Positions 45,540 through 58,106 of a DNA stretch of 64,000 bases are shown here, piece after piece. This stretch comes from Azolla caroliniana (taxonomy: Eukaryota; Plantae; Polypodiophyta): assembly GCA_043228905.1 (NCBI GenBank), contig JBHGNT010000007.1:16616001-16680000 (forward strand), read 5' to 3'. Under the pieces are notes generated by a model. It was not told the DNA's origin, did no database searches, and saw only the letters and a list, made by a program, of their open reading frames with translations. The stretch's first letter is position 1, and every line of letters begins with the position of its first letter. The position numbers were made by a program, and so were the translations under genes.

Positions 45540-48500
45540 CTTCCTACATGCTGCAACCGTCTCCTCCATGTTGGCTCATGTTGATCGCAATAAGAATGGT
45601 ACCGGTGGGGGGGAACAACCAACGAGGTGGTACATAGTTCCACCTAACCTCAGTGCCTGCATCTAACATTATAGGAATAGTTGACCAAACTCGTCGAAAT
45701 CTCCTTCTTTTTCGAATAGATGTGTTTCCAGAGCCCTTATAAGTGTCATACTCACCTTTAACCGTATGTACTAATAAGTTCCAAAAAGACTTTACCTGAT
45801 CCACAATGTGATTGTCTTCATCATTGTATAGCTTGGAACACCTAGCTTTCCAAAGAACCCATAGAGACAACGAGGAGACAATCTGCCAAACATAACTCCG
45901 CGAGAAGAACTTGATTTCCTGCAAGGAGCTTGAAGTAGAATATACCTGAAAAATTCTTACATGTAAAGACAAGGAAGAATGATTATAATGATAAAAAGCC
46001 CTTTGTTGATCCAACATTCCCCAAAAGACTGCACCCCACGTGAAAATAGTCTACCTATACTTACGACATAGAATCCTAAGAATTCGACACCAAAAACTTT
46101 TTGTGGAAACACATTCCCAAAAGACATGAGGCAATGTCTAATCCGCAAACCCACACATAATACATGACCGATTACTCACCGATCCCCTCAACAAATCACC
46201 TACTGGCAAAGCATAATGAATCATCAACCATCGAAAATGCAATATCTTATTCATGCATTTAATTGACCAAAACTGTTTCCAAAACCGTATCACCATATGA
46301 GCAGATGAAACATTACCTTCCTCCCAATACTTTTTTCCAGCAAGTATCGGCTCAGTCTGCTTCAACATAAAATTTCTGCCAAATGCCACTAAATATGTGA
46401 AGAAAGGAAGGACCTTATTCGAAGAGTCAGACATGGACAATTTCCAACCATAATCCGTTGGATCCCACTGCAGGTCATCAATTGGTTTAGAGTCTAACAC
46501 CGAAATATGAGATGAGAAATTAGCAATTAGTGGACTAGGATCGATATATATATTTTTATCTAATCTAGCAATTACTCTCATTGGAAATTGCTTCGCAGCG
46601 TATATGATTGGAGACTCCTCATCCACTAGTATCAACCTACCATTGTCCAAAACTTCATAAAAATAGAGGTTGCCATTTTGATGATATAACCGAGCTTCTA
46701 TGAGTATATTGAGTGTCGAGAACATACCGTACCAACTCTGAAAATGATCGAATTGCAATGTTGGCATTGTGACCTGATACACCATGGACAATTGTGATAA
46801 CATGATCTGAGCCCCTCTTAAGTTAGATAACCTATTCCTTTGATCCTGTGTAGAGGACTGCATAAACTTTATCCAATCCGCAACCGTATGTGTTGGTCCA
46901 CTGTCCATTGCAGCCCATGATAACCTAGGGTGTAAACCCAAAACACATGCAACTTCATCAGTAAATAAAGGATTCCATATCAATGGTTGACGCATAAATT
47001 GATGATAGCTTTTCGGTGGCAAGAAAATAAGTGTTTGCCGAAGACTTTCCCATGCCCAAAAAAATCCATTGAAGAAACGCAAGGATCCATCATTGGACTT
47101 AGGTAGCTGGAAATCTGCATTAAAGAACCATCTAAGACTATCCTTCCATTGACCACCTACTGAAGGCTTGACCTTATGTAAATGTTAAATCCATAGCTTT
47201 TTCCATAACTCCTCTCCTAGCAATAAACTCCTAACAACATGTTTAGTAAGTAAAGCTTTGCTTTGCATAAATGGATCAATCAAACCTAAACCTCCTTTTT
47301 GTTTAGATTGTATCAAAACAGACCAAGCTACCTTTGCTACAGAATTGTCTGACCTATTGTTCCCCCAAATAAAATTTCGTACTAAACATTGAACTTTCAA
47401 CATTATCGACTTAGAAAACAACCATGTAGATGCTATATACCAAATCGGGGACAACAACACCGAATTAGCTACAACTACCCGTCTAGCTAAGGATAATTTT
47501 TCGTTATTCCAATATACTAATTTATTTCTTAATCTTAACAATAAGGGCACAATCATATCTTTTGTCTTTAATCCCACACTCACTCGACAACCTAGATACC
47601 TAATGGATTGACCTTGAGGTATCCATGTGAATCCTAAGGAAGGTACATTAACTGGCTGATCTCCCGAAGCGACCCAAAAACCTGATGATTTATCCCAATT
47701 TATCAATGCACCCGATGCATCTGAGAAATCATCCATGGCCTTTTGCACCTATAACAAATTACAATGTGAGGCCTAAACATATAAAGCTGTATCATCAACG
47801 AATTCGCTATCCACACCAGCATTTGCCACTGGTAGTGCTAAACCTTTAATATTTACATATTGAGAATTTAAATGTATAGAAAATGCTTCAGATACTAGCA
47901 AAAACAAGAAAGGAGCAAGTGGACATCCCTGCCGTACAGATCTTGAAATAGAAAACCGCCTACCAATGTCCCCTGCAAATAAGAGAGAACTATTTGCATT
48001 ACGATATAATGCTGAAACTCCTCGTATCCATGTGCTTGGGAAACCCATCCTGAAGAGTGTTCCCTCGATAAAATCCCAGTCCACTCTATCGTAAGCTTTT
48101 TCAAAATCAAGAAATAACACTGCCAGATCTTCCTGTTACCGGCCGGCAAAGTAGTCCAGAGTGTGAAACAGAGGAGTTATTTAATTATTAGGAATGGTTG
48201 TAAGTAAGCTATTAGTGTGGACGGATGGACCGGAATCGGTATGCCATTCCAGATCCGGACCGATCCCGAACAGGTGCGGATGGCACCGTTTTGTACTACA
48301 AACCGGAATCCTATTTAAAGGCCCGGATACAATGTAATGAGCAACGGTTAATTAATAAAGCGTAGTGTTTTTATCTCTCTGTGTTAATTGTCGTTCTGCA
48401 TTCATTGTTATATCTTACGCGTGTGATTATTAAGGACAATATTGCTAAGTAACCTAATTAAGTCGTATTAATCGTTGAGCCTAATCCTCTTGCCGTAACA

Positions 48501-49245
48501 CCCCTTTGGTGAAGTGTCTTCCGTAGACACCCTGTGTTAGGCCATTGTCCGGCCCTAAGAGTTAACACTTCCTTCTGCACTTCAGCGAAGGTCACCATTT
48601 CCCAAAAGAGAATAATATTATCAAAGATACTTTGCTCTTGCAAAAAACTAGTTTGGGTATCATGAATCAACTCCGAAAGATAAGGTTGTAATCGTCTAAC
48701 TATCGTTTTTGCCAATATCTTATAAATAACATTCAATAAGGTGATTGGTCTCCAATGGCTAAGCTCTTCTAACTGTCCACTTGTTTTAGGAATCATATAG
48801 ATTAAACCCTCCTTCCATTCTTGTGGCATATTTCCAGAATCTAAAATCTGTTGAAAGGCTTTGGTCAACCCATCACCTATCAAATCCCAATACTGGATAT
48901 ACCATTGAACTCCCAACCCATCCAAACCAGGACAAACATCCTTTGCAAGGGCTTTTACTGCTTTAAAAACCTCTTGAGGACTTAATGGTTGTAAAAGACA
49001 ACCTAAAAGATTTCCAGAAACCCTATTATGAATCCTAGTCCAGATCATGATGTCCCTCTTAACCAGGTCAGCCTCGGAAAAGGGTCTAGCTTTTAATGAA
49101 GCCTCATAATAATTAGAGGCTATTTGTCGCATTTGACTAGGATCAGTGGTATAGGAGCCATCAGGACATTTTAATCTAGAAATCCTAGTTGATGACTTAT
49201 GATGATTATGCACTGCAAAGAACAACTTATTGACCTTATCTTCAA
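45540..49245 (-). mobile_element. 5'-truncated L1-type LINE (ORF2 RT and zf-RVT), decayed, interrupted by a solo LTR
   Basis: CPGLDG, WRPITLLNVIYKILAK, LDFEKAYDRVDW, RQGCPLAP, FVDD, KVAW..GGLG and C-terminal C..C/H.F..C motifs. Confidence 0.9.
48134..48567 (+). mobile_element. Solo LTR (434 bp) with 5-bp TSD cttcc
   Basis: TGTTA...TAACA; TSD at 48129-48133 and 48568-48572; removal restores LINE EVQKEDLAVLFLDFEKAYD; TATTTAAA and AATAAA on +. Confidence 0.9.
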
Positions 49246-50534
49246 TTAGTTGTGTCCTTGACATAGCGTATTGTGCAAAAGCATATGTAATCTAGTTGTT
49301 TGGCCTCTTATGGTTCTTATCCAAATTGATCTCAAATAAGGGCATAAATAAATGTGTACTATAAATAGTAATCTTAATCTATTAATAATATAGGAAATTT
49401 ATAGGTGGTGGATTTAATGCCCCATTATGGACAATCAATTACTAAGGTAATGTTTGTGATATCCCCACGTTCTTGTTGTTCTTGTCTCATCCTTGATCCT
49501 CCATCTTGTCACATTCTTGTTTGTATTTAACATCCCTACTTCCAACCTCTACAAATAGCATTGCCATCATCAGTCTTTCCTACCATCACCATCTTATAGA
49601 ATAATAACAAGAGTAGGGTATCGCCGAATAAGAAGGATTAGTGCACAAATTATTTTAGAAGGATTCAATGCCACAAACCTCCCATTCACCTTTGTGACGT
49701 AACTCAAGTATATACATCTATGGAAACATGCCTCTACACTTATTAATTAGTCATTTATCTTTGTCCTTTGATAGCTAATCTCTAAATTAACTATTAGTTA
49801 AACATTTAAGTATTAACTATTTCTTCTATATAGGGAATTGTTAACTTCAAATGGAAAGATCATTGGTCTAATTAGTTAACACTAATTTAACTCTTAAATT
49901 TGTATCTAATAAGATGAGATCATGAGTTGTTAATTAACATTAACTTATGAGAATTATTGTGATATACATAACTAGTTAGCTATTATTCCTATACATCACT
50001 TAGCTACTTAACTAATAAACTATTCCTTGTCAATTAGCCAATTAGAACCTTGTCTCCTCCTAATAACCCAAATTAACCAATAAGCTAAGATCACTCACTA
50101 TTAGTGCTTCTAATTGTTAGAATTAGCATTATAGTTACATAGCTATATTAGTGGTCAACCATAACTTTATTGTATTTATCATATACAAATGAGGTTTCTC
50201 AAGGATTTGGTTAACTAACTATGTCATCATAGGCTATAGCTCCTCACTTCATGATGCAGTATACACTTATTAATGTACTTGTCTATCAAACCATTGACAA
50301 AAAAATAATGCATCAATACATGCTTACAAATCAATGAACGATCTTTTATATTCAATATTGTGTCCTCAAGGATTTGAGGTTATCTTCCACCATTACAAGT
50401 GTGTCATGGGTATATATTCAATATATGGTTCTAGATTTATATGGTATTCAAAAGAACTATGTAGTGAAATTTTAATACCTTTTAAATTTAAAATTATGGA
50501 GTCAACTTATGAAGTCAAGGTATGTAAACTATCG

Positions 50535-50690
50535 TTAAACCGTTTAAATCGTGGTTTCTATTTGTTGAAACCGAACCGAATCGTTTAAAAAACTTGAACT
50601 TAAACTGAAGTGAACCGTTTAAACCATCAAGTCGTTAAGCCGCGGTTTCGCGGTTCTGTTCGGTTCAAATTGAACCATCGTCAACTGTTA
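50535..50690. repeat. AACCG-rich repeat, second copy
   Basis: See 43578-43715. Confidence 0.5.
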
Positions 50691-50737
50691 ATGTAAATAT
50701 TAAACAGGTTCTTCCACTAAACTAGTTCAATTCTAAA

Positions 50738-51543
50738 TCGTGTGGGTGATCAGCCAGGAGGACGAAGGCGGAACGCGGTTCGCCATCCGATTCGGAGCGA
50801 AAATACTAAGTGAGCGACAATGAGGATACACCCAAGTCAAGAGAGAACTATGGGGTATCGTTTCGGCGATAAAGGCCAATAAAGATTATTTGATCGGGAC
50901 GGAGGTGACTATTGAGACGGATTGTCTCCCGATTATCCGGATGCACGACTCCACATTTGGCCATGCTCAGATGGATTGCTTACATTAAGTCCTTGAGTCC
51001 GGAAATCTGACATATATCCGAAAAGGACAATACCATGGCCGATATGCTATCGAGAGTAGGATTTGAGGGAGAAGATGACATGGTATCAGAGGATGAGGAA
51101 GTCGAGGTCAATTTCTTCGAGTCGGCTCAGTTGACGGCGAACAAGCAAAGCACTCCGACCTTGCATACGTTTAATGAGGACAACTACGAAGCGGAGTGAC
51201 TTCTGATCGGAAGGTTCCTAAGCACAATGGCGATGCACACGACATGGATGAAGGAAGAGGCCAATCAGATTCGAAGAAGGTGTACGGGGTAGTCTGGTGG
51301 CATCCGAAGTAGCGGAACGGAACGCCACTCCGAGTGGTGATGCGAAGGGAGGATCAGTCGGTGTTGTTACCTGAATTTCATGAGAGTCCCTGGTCTGGAC
51401 ATCGTGGAACTTGGGCCACATTCGAGAAGCTCAAGGAGAGGTACTAGTGGTCGGAAATGTACAATGATGTGCACCAATTCGTGATGACATGTGAACGTTG
51501 TCAAGTGCACTTCGATGAGTTGCATCTGACCTACCTGTTGGCA
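50738..51543 (+). pseudogene. G-family fragment G4 (RNase H to start of integrase)
   Basis: IRFGAKILSE, QVKRELWGIVS, IETDCLP, ADMLSR and HESPWSGHRGTWATF motifs, with stops and deletions. Confidence 0.85.
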
Positions 51544-52453
51544 TGACACAGTGACATGAAATACATATTTGGTGAGTATTGAACCTACAAGTTCACATCA
51601 ACAAAATATCATGCTCAACCATTTTGATATAAGCATTCATTTGTATTTTAATATGTATTCTATAGTCTAGCATATAGTACATTTCAGAATCAGAATATTC
51701 TAGTCGTTAGTATATTCTAGAAATATTATACGGTGTCGAGGTATTCCTCGCGGATGCGTGGAATGAGGCGGGACCTCGGGGGTCTTGTACCGAAGAGCAA
51801 GAGAGAAAGGAGAAGGGAAGAGACCCACTAGGTGCGAGCGTAGATCCACAGGGACACGGCCCTTCGACACGAAGACGCGAGCGGGAAACCAACACAGAGA
51901 GACACGAAGGTATGTATCTATATATTAACAGAGACAAACAACAAGAAGCACGAAGTCGGTTACAACTGAACAGGCCAGCGAACAGATGCCGATGCTTGTT
52001 TGCAAACGCTCAGAAAGAAAGGAGTAGGTTGGAGGTGCTGCCGGAAGCACTCGGGCATTCCTCAGAGCAGCGCGAGCCTCACGAAACCTGCACAGAAAGA
52101 AGCTACGGAGTATGGAAGAGAGAGAAGCCTTCGATCGACAACCCGACAGCACTTCGTCCTCTCTGATTCCGCGATTCCCTCCCCATTCCTCGTCTCCGTC
52201 CTTTTTATAGGCAAGGAAGGAGCCGTTTCCCATTAACTTCCTACCTACCGAATCTACCTACCTAGGATCTTCTATGTACCTAATTCTCTCTTATGTACAA
52301 CATAAGACGTTCGTGCATGAAGAGCCGGTTCCTACGCTACGGTGCACCGATTCCGCTTGTGGACGGTTTTCTTCACGACATCCGCCCCCACCTAACCGCG
52401 CATCCACCGGCATGCGCCAAATTGAGTTGGGACGGAGAAAACCGGTCCAGCCT

Positions 52454-55400
52454 TCATTCCCCGCCCGTCGGTTCTTTCTCGGTTTCGGATCGTTCGCTGT
52501 CGCGGTCCAGGTTAACCGGATCCGGCTCGTCGTTGTGACGCTTCTTGAACGCTTTGATCCGCTTCCCAGCTACCGGTATTGCCATTCTCGTGTCGTCGAG
52601 TTCTGCCAGATGGTACGTCCCGTTGTCGTTGGCGCTTTGGACCACGTAAGGCCCGAACCACCTTCTTGCGAACTTCCGTGTCGCTCGGTGCTGGTTGTCG
52701 AGGCTGCTGTCGTAGACTAGCACCCAGTCGCCTTCCTCGATCTTCTTTGGTCGGAGCTGGTGCGTCCGGTCGAACCGGGCTTTGTTCCTCGTCCTTGCCA
52801 CCCGAAGCTTTCCCGCAGCCTGCTCCACGTCCTCCGGTCTTCGCTCGAGCTGTCGTATGCGCCCCGCCAACAATTCCTCCTGGCTCATCTCATCTTTCCA
52901 GTCCACGGTTGCCCATGAGGAGATCGTACGTTCCATTGGCATGATCGGCTTCTACCCAAACATGAGCTCTGCCGGCATGAATCCGGTTACCGAACTGTGC
53001 GTAGTTTGGTCCGCCCACAACGCGTAAGGCAACAGCCGCGGCCAGTTCCCGACTTGATCTCCGCATGCCCGAACTAACGCCTTGACGATCGGTCCGTGTC
53101 CGCGCTCCACCTTCCCATTCGCCTCCGGATTGTACGCAGTAGTAAGCGAGAGCTTGACTCCTAGCCGGTCGAACAGCTCCTTGGCCTCTTCGGCGTCCAA
53201 CTCCCCGCGATCAACCACGATCTTCCCGACGCACCCGTACCGGCATATCACGTCCTCGATCAGGAACTGACATTCGGCCGCAGTCGTTTTGTTCTGAAGG
53301 GCTCGGCCTTCCACCTGGTTCGTCAGATCTTCCCGAGCCAGGACCAGATACCGCATCTATCCTACTCCCATCGGCATTGTCACTAGGTCTACCATCCATT
53401 TGAAGTGGATGGTCGGAGGGTACGTAGGGTGAAGCTCGTCCCGATGTTGGACTATGGAGTGCATCTGACAGCTCTCGCAAGTTGTCACGAACCGATGCAC
53501 GTCTCGATAGAGTCCCGGCCACCAGTACTTCCCCTTTATCTTCTCGAACGTGGCCCACGTTCCACGGTGTCCAGCCCAAGGGCTGTCGTGGTAGGCCGTC
53601 AGCAGCTCCTCCTGTTCTTCCTTCATCGCCACCACCCGGAGCGGGACGCCGTTCCTCTTCTTCGGGTGCTTCCATAAGTATCCGTCCCGGAGACAGAATC
53701 GGTATGCTTTCTTTCTCGTCCCTCGTCCCTCGTCCATGACGCATCCGGCGTCATTGTCCTCAAAAACCCACCGATCTATAGCCACTCGCCGTCGTACTTG
53801 CTCTCGTCGAAGTCATTAAGTGTCGAAGTGCTCGTCCCATCGGTTGTCAAGTACGCTGCGCCGAAGAAGTCCACGCCGACTTCTTCGTCCTTCGAAACCA
53901 TGCCGCCCTCGTCATCAAACCTTGCCCTCGAAAGCATGTCCGCCATGGCGTTGTCTTTTCCGGAAATGTGTCATATTTTCAGGTCCAGGGACTTGATGTA
54001 CGCTATCCACCTGAGCATCCCCAAGTCCGGTGTCGCGCATCCGGAAACCATACCGAGAATTGGCAGGCAATCTGTCTCGATAATCACTTCTGTCCCGATC
54101 AGGTAGTCTTTGTCGGCCTTTACTGTTGAAACGATACCCCAGAGTTCGCGTTTAACCTGGGCGTACCCTCGTTGTCGCTCACTGAGGACTTTTGCGCCGA
54201 ATCGGATCGGGAACCGAGTGCCGTCCTCGTCTTCTTGGTTGACGACCCATCTGATCCCGGTCGGACTTGAATCCACCGTTATGTATACCGGGGTACCCTT
54301 CTCGTAGACAGCCTTTCGGAGCGCCGGTGCTGCCGCTAGAGCTTCCTTCAGCTTCCGGACCGACTCCGTGTGCTCGTCTCGCCACTCGAATTTTTGCCCC
54401 TTCTTCAGCAACCCGTATAGCGGCTCCGCAATGTGGGCGTAATGCGGGATCCATATGTGGTAGAATGTGCACGCCCCCAGGAACCTGCGAACTTCCGTGA
54501 CCGAGCTACAGTCGGTCTTCATCGCGGAGATGGCTTCCACTTTTGCCGGAGACGGCTTCCGGCCATATGGTCCACATAGGTGTCCGACCACCAGGATTTC
54601 TGATTGCTCGAAGGCCGATTTCTCCCCGGAGAAGGTGAGCCTCGCAACCTCTAGCCTTTGTAGCACCTTCTCGCAGTCGTCGATGTGTGTTGCCACGAAT
54701 CGCCGGCATCCGTCTGGCCTGAGTGTCTCGTCCTTCTCTTCCACCGGGCACCCCTTTATCGGGATGTCGTCTAGAAATGGCATGGTGACGTCCGGGATGC
54801 AATCCCTCAGTACCTTGTTCATTGCATTCACCATGTGGGCCACCGAGTTGGTCCCTCCTTGTGGCAGGGTACACATTCGCACTAGGCTAAGGGGAGTTCG
54901 CATCGTCGTAATGTCTCTGCTCTCCACGGCTAACTGGAACTGGTCGTACCCCGAGTACAGATCACCGACCGAGTAAATCGACCTTCCGGCGAAGGCCTCC
55001 GCGAACACGTCTATGGTCAGTCTGATTCCTGCGTTCCGAATGGTCACTTTGTTGACTGACTGCAAGTCTTGAATGAAGCGCAATGTTCCGTTTTTCTTTG
55101 GTACAGTAAACCATCGGTTCGAGTATGGGGCACTTGACGGTTCGAGAATGCCCATATCGACTTTCTGCCTCAATAGCTCCATCAACTTCGGGATGTGAGC
55201 TCTCAGTACTGGAATCGGCTTGAGATTCCACGGTACATGCGGTACCGTGAATATCACCATCGGCTCCACGATTGTCGGGTCTACGCACCCGATCTCTTCC
55301 GATGAGAATGCGAAGGCTTTCCCGTGCCTTCCGAGCATCCTCCGAAACCGGTCCTCCTCCGCCGGCAGTAGGAACCCGCCCCCACCGATTTTGAGCTCCC

Positions 55401-55944
55401 GGAGCGTCCCGTTGGTGAAGGTGTGTCCTATGCAGACCGGATCTCGCAAACTGGGGTCCGACGCACCCCCTCTGATCCGGGACTCGCTGCCCTCCGATAA
55501 GGGTGCCGCGACTGGCCTTACCTTCCGGTCCATAGTCTTGTACTTCGTGCTAACCCGGGCCGTCCGATCTGGCTCGAGCCCCTAACTGAAGTTCGCGATG
55601 ACTTCGTACATCTCTTCGGAACATACCGGTATCGTCCGGTCTTCATTAAGGTCTTCTTCGGCTACCTTCCTCAACATCCCCAAGGTGTCGTCGAAGGAGA
55701 CCGCCTCCACGGCTCCGCTGATTTCCTCGTCCGGGCCGAGAACTCCGCACGCTCGAAGTCGCTCCTCCGCCCTTGTCTTTTCTCGGCCAACGATGCCGAC
55801 TATCATACACCCTCCGTCGTTGGAGAAGCAAAATTTTTTACCTATCGTACAATGTTTCTTCAGTTTCGGTTCTATCGTACAGCGGTGGGGTCTTTCCCGA
55901 GTGTCAGGACTGTCTCGGCCCCACGCCTTGGCAGCCCTCTCTAA
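52454..55944 (-). pseudogene. G3 pol (linker, RT, RNase H, integrase) with several in-frame stops
   Basis: ORFs 55582-55806, 53971-55533, 53357-53785, 52952-53356 and 52454-52942. Confidence 0.9.
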
Positions 55945-55950
55945 AAATCC
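55885..55950 (-). other. Putative -1 frameshift signal of G3 (G_GAT_TTT_TAG plus pseudoknot)
   Basis: S1 GGGCTG/CAGTCC, S2 GTGGGG/CCCCAC, 6-nt spacer; pol is in the -1 frame. Confidence 0.78.
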
Positions 55951-58066
55951 TCCCGGTTCTCGCCACCGAGGGATTCGCGGTTTCGCTCGTGGTTCGGTCG
56001 CACCGTCAGAAATTGGACCGAATGGCGTCCGTCCTGGCTTTTGACCCTGGCGTAGGCCGAACCGTTGTCTAGCACCTTGGTCTCCATCCGCGTTGCTGTG
56101 ATGTATGGTTCCCCTAATATGACCGGGTGCGAGGACGTCTCCTGTATGAAGAAGTGCTGGTCAATCTCGACGTCGCTGATCTTGACTCGCACGTTCGGGC
56201 AGGCCCCGTGCAGTTCCTCGGTGGCGCGCGTCGCCGCCCGTATCTTCCACCCGTGCTTGGTGTTGATTGGCCACTTTCCCTTCTTATAGAATTCCATGGA
56301 CATCAGGTTTATTTCCGAACCGTGGTCCACCAATGCCACCACCGGTTCCTGAACATCTCCGATCTTTACCGGGGTCTCTGTGGTCGCTCGGGCCCAGTGC
56401 GGCCTCGAATAGTGGCTCTCCGCCCACTCATCTTCCAGCGCCAAGTCGTCGATGTGCGTCGTCCGCACCTCCACCGGCCTTTCCGGTTCCGTCTCCGTCG
56501 ACAGCCTCTTCCGCTTCACCAAGTCCACATGGAGTTGTGGAACTCCTTCTTAGCGATCCCTAGCACCTCCCGTAATGACAACTCCACTTTGCTGTCGAGG
56601 ATCCGTTCTTCTAGGACCTTTCGTAGGTCCGTGGTCCTTTCTATTTCCGTCCCCAATCGGTATCCGCCCTTCCTGGGGTTATCTTGCGTGCTGGACCCAC
56701 CGGCATCGTTCCGTCGTTTCCCGAATCGGGTCTCGTATCGTTGTGAGGGCCCGGCCGCCCCGGCTTTCCCCACTTGTTTGTCTTCTACCAGAGCCTCGTA
56801 GTTCCGGCAGGCGGCTTCTACGAAGCCCGTCTTCTCCTCGACCGGGTCGCTCCACCCGGTTATTTCCCGGACCCGTCTCTTAGCGTGGTCCGCTTCATCT
56901 TTCCTCAGCCGTGCGCCGGCGAGGCCTTCCAGCATTGCCGACCAGAATCCGTCTTTGCTCTCCTTTCGGGCCTCGCTGCCCTCGACCCGAATACCGGCCG
57001 ACGCCGAGTAGTGGATGGCCTCCACGTGTCGGGCCGCTGCCTCTTCCATCAGTCTCTTCATACCTCCTCGCCCGTTGTTTCGGTTTAGGGCCCTTCTGGT
57101 ATCGCCGGCATGCACCCGGCCTTCCCACAGGTACACCACCCGGTTCCTCAACGCCTCTGCGAAATCGCCGCAGTCCTTCCGAATGTGGCCGACCTCGTCG
57201 CACCACATGCACCTGTTCCCTGCTGCCGGCCGTCGGTCACGAGCCGGTTTGCCGCCTTCCCTTCGAGTCTAGGCGATCTGGAGATCCTTTATCGCCCGCG
57301 TCAACTCCTCCAGCGCTGCTCCTCCGGACGAGTCATTGACCATGCCGGTCGAAGCCGAACCGGTTTCGAGCCACTCCCGGGTCTCTGCCCTTCGCCCTTG
57401 CGGTGCCGGTTCAAGCCTCCTTGCTATGACAGAGCCCGCACCGGCCGCCCCGTTGTCAGCCCATTCTCGTCGTTTGTCGAAACGGCCACAGACTCTCTTA
57501 ACCGCAGCCCAGTCGGTCGTCAATCCGTCTTCGGTTTCCAGCAAGGAGCCGACTTGATCCCGGTCCCGCTCGTCCACCGACTTGACGAACAGTAGGACTT
57601 AGCTCGTATCCAGAACGGTTCGGTCAAGCGTCGAAAGGCACGCAAAGCGTTCCTCAAACTCCTGGAGGAGTGCCGACGCGTTTCTTCCCTTGCCGGGGGA
57701 CTCCACCCATCCCATGAAGTCCCGTTTCAAAAGCCGGAGCGCGTCGTCTAGCCCGTATTTTTCTAGGAGTCGGCCTTCGAACTCCTCCCAGGTACGGCTC
57801 TCCGCCCGTACCTTGAGCACCTCCGCATGGATGCTCAGCATCGCCACTCTAGGGAACCCGGCAAGACGCCTCTCTACCGGAATGTCCCGCATTAGCATTT
57901 CTGCCCCGTACGACGCCAAATACTTCGTAGCATCCTTTCCGCTGAACCGGCCGATCATATCGATGACCACCTCAATGGCTCTGTCGAGGGCGCCGGTGCC
58001 CTCGCGTGCGCTCAATATCCGATCCACGGCCGAAGCCATGGCCTCCGCAAGATCCGACCCCTTCAT
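55941..58066 (-). pseudogene. G3 gag-protease, ending ...REDF-TAG
   Basis: ORFs 57599-58246, 57269-57577, 56516-57208 and 55941-56528; CMWCDEVGHIRKDC; VDHGSEIN. Confidence 0.9.
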
Positions 58067-58088
58067 CTTCTGCTCTTCTGCCGCCTCC

Positions 58089-58106
58089 TTCACGTCAGGT
58101 TCACCA
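58089..58106 (-). promoter_or_regulatory. tRNA-Trp PBS of G3
   Basis: TGGTGAACCTGACGTGAA, one CpG transition away from the G2 PBS. Confidence 0.85.
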
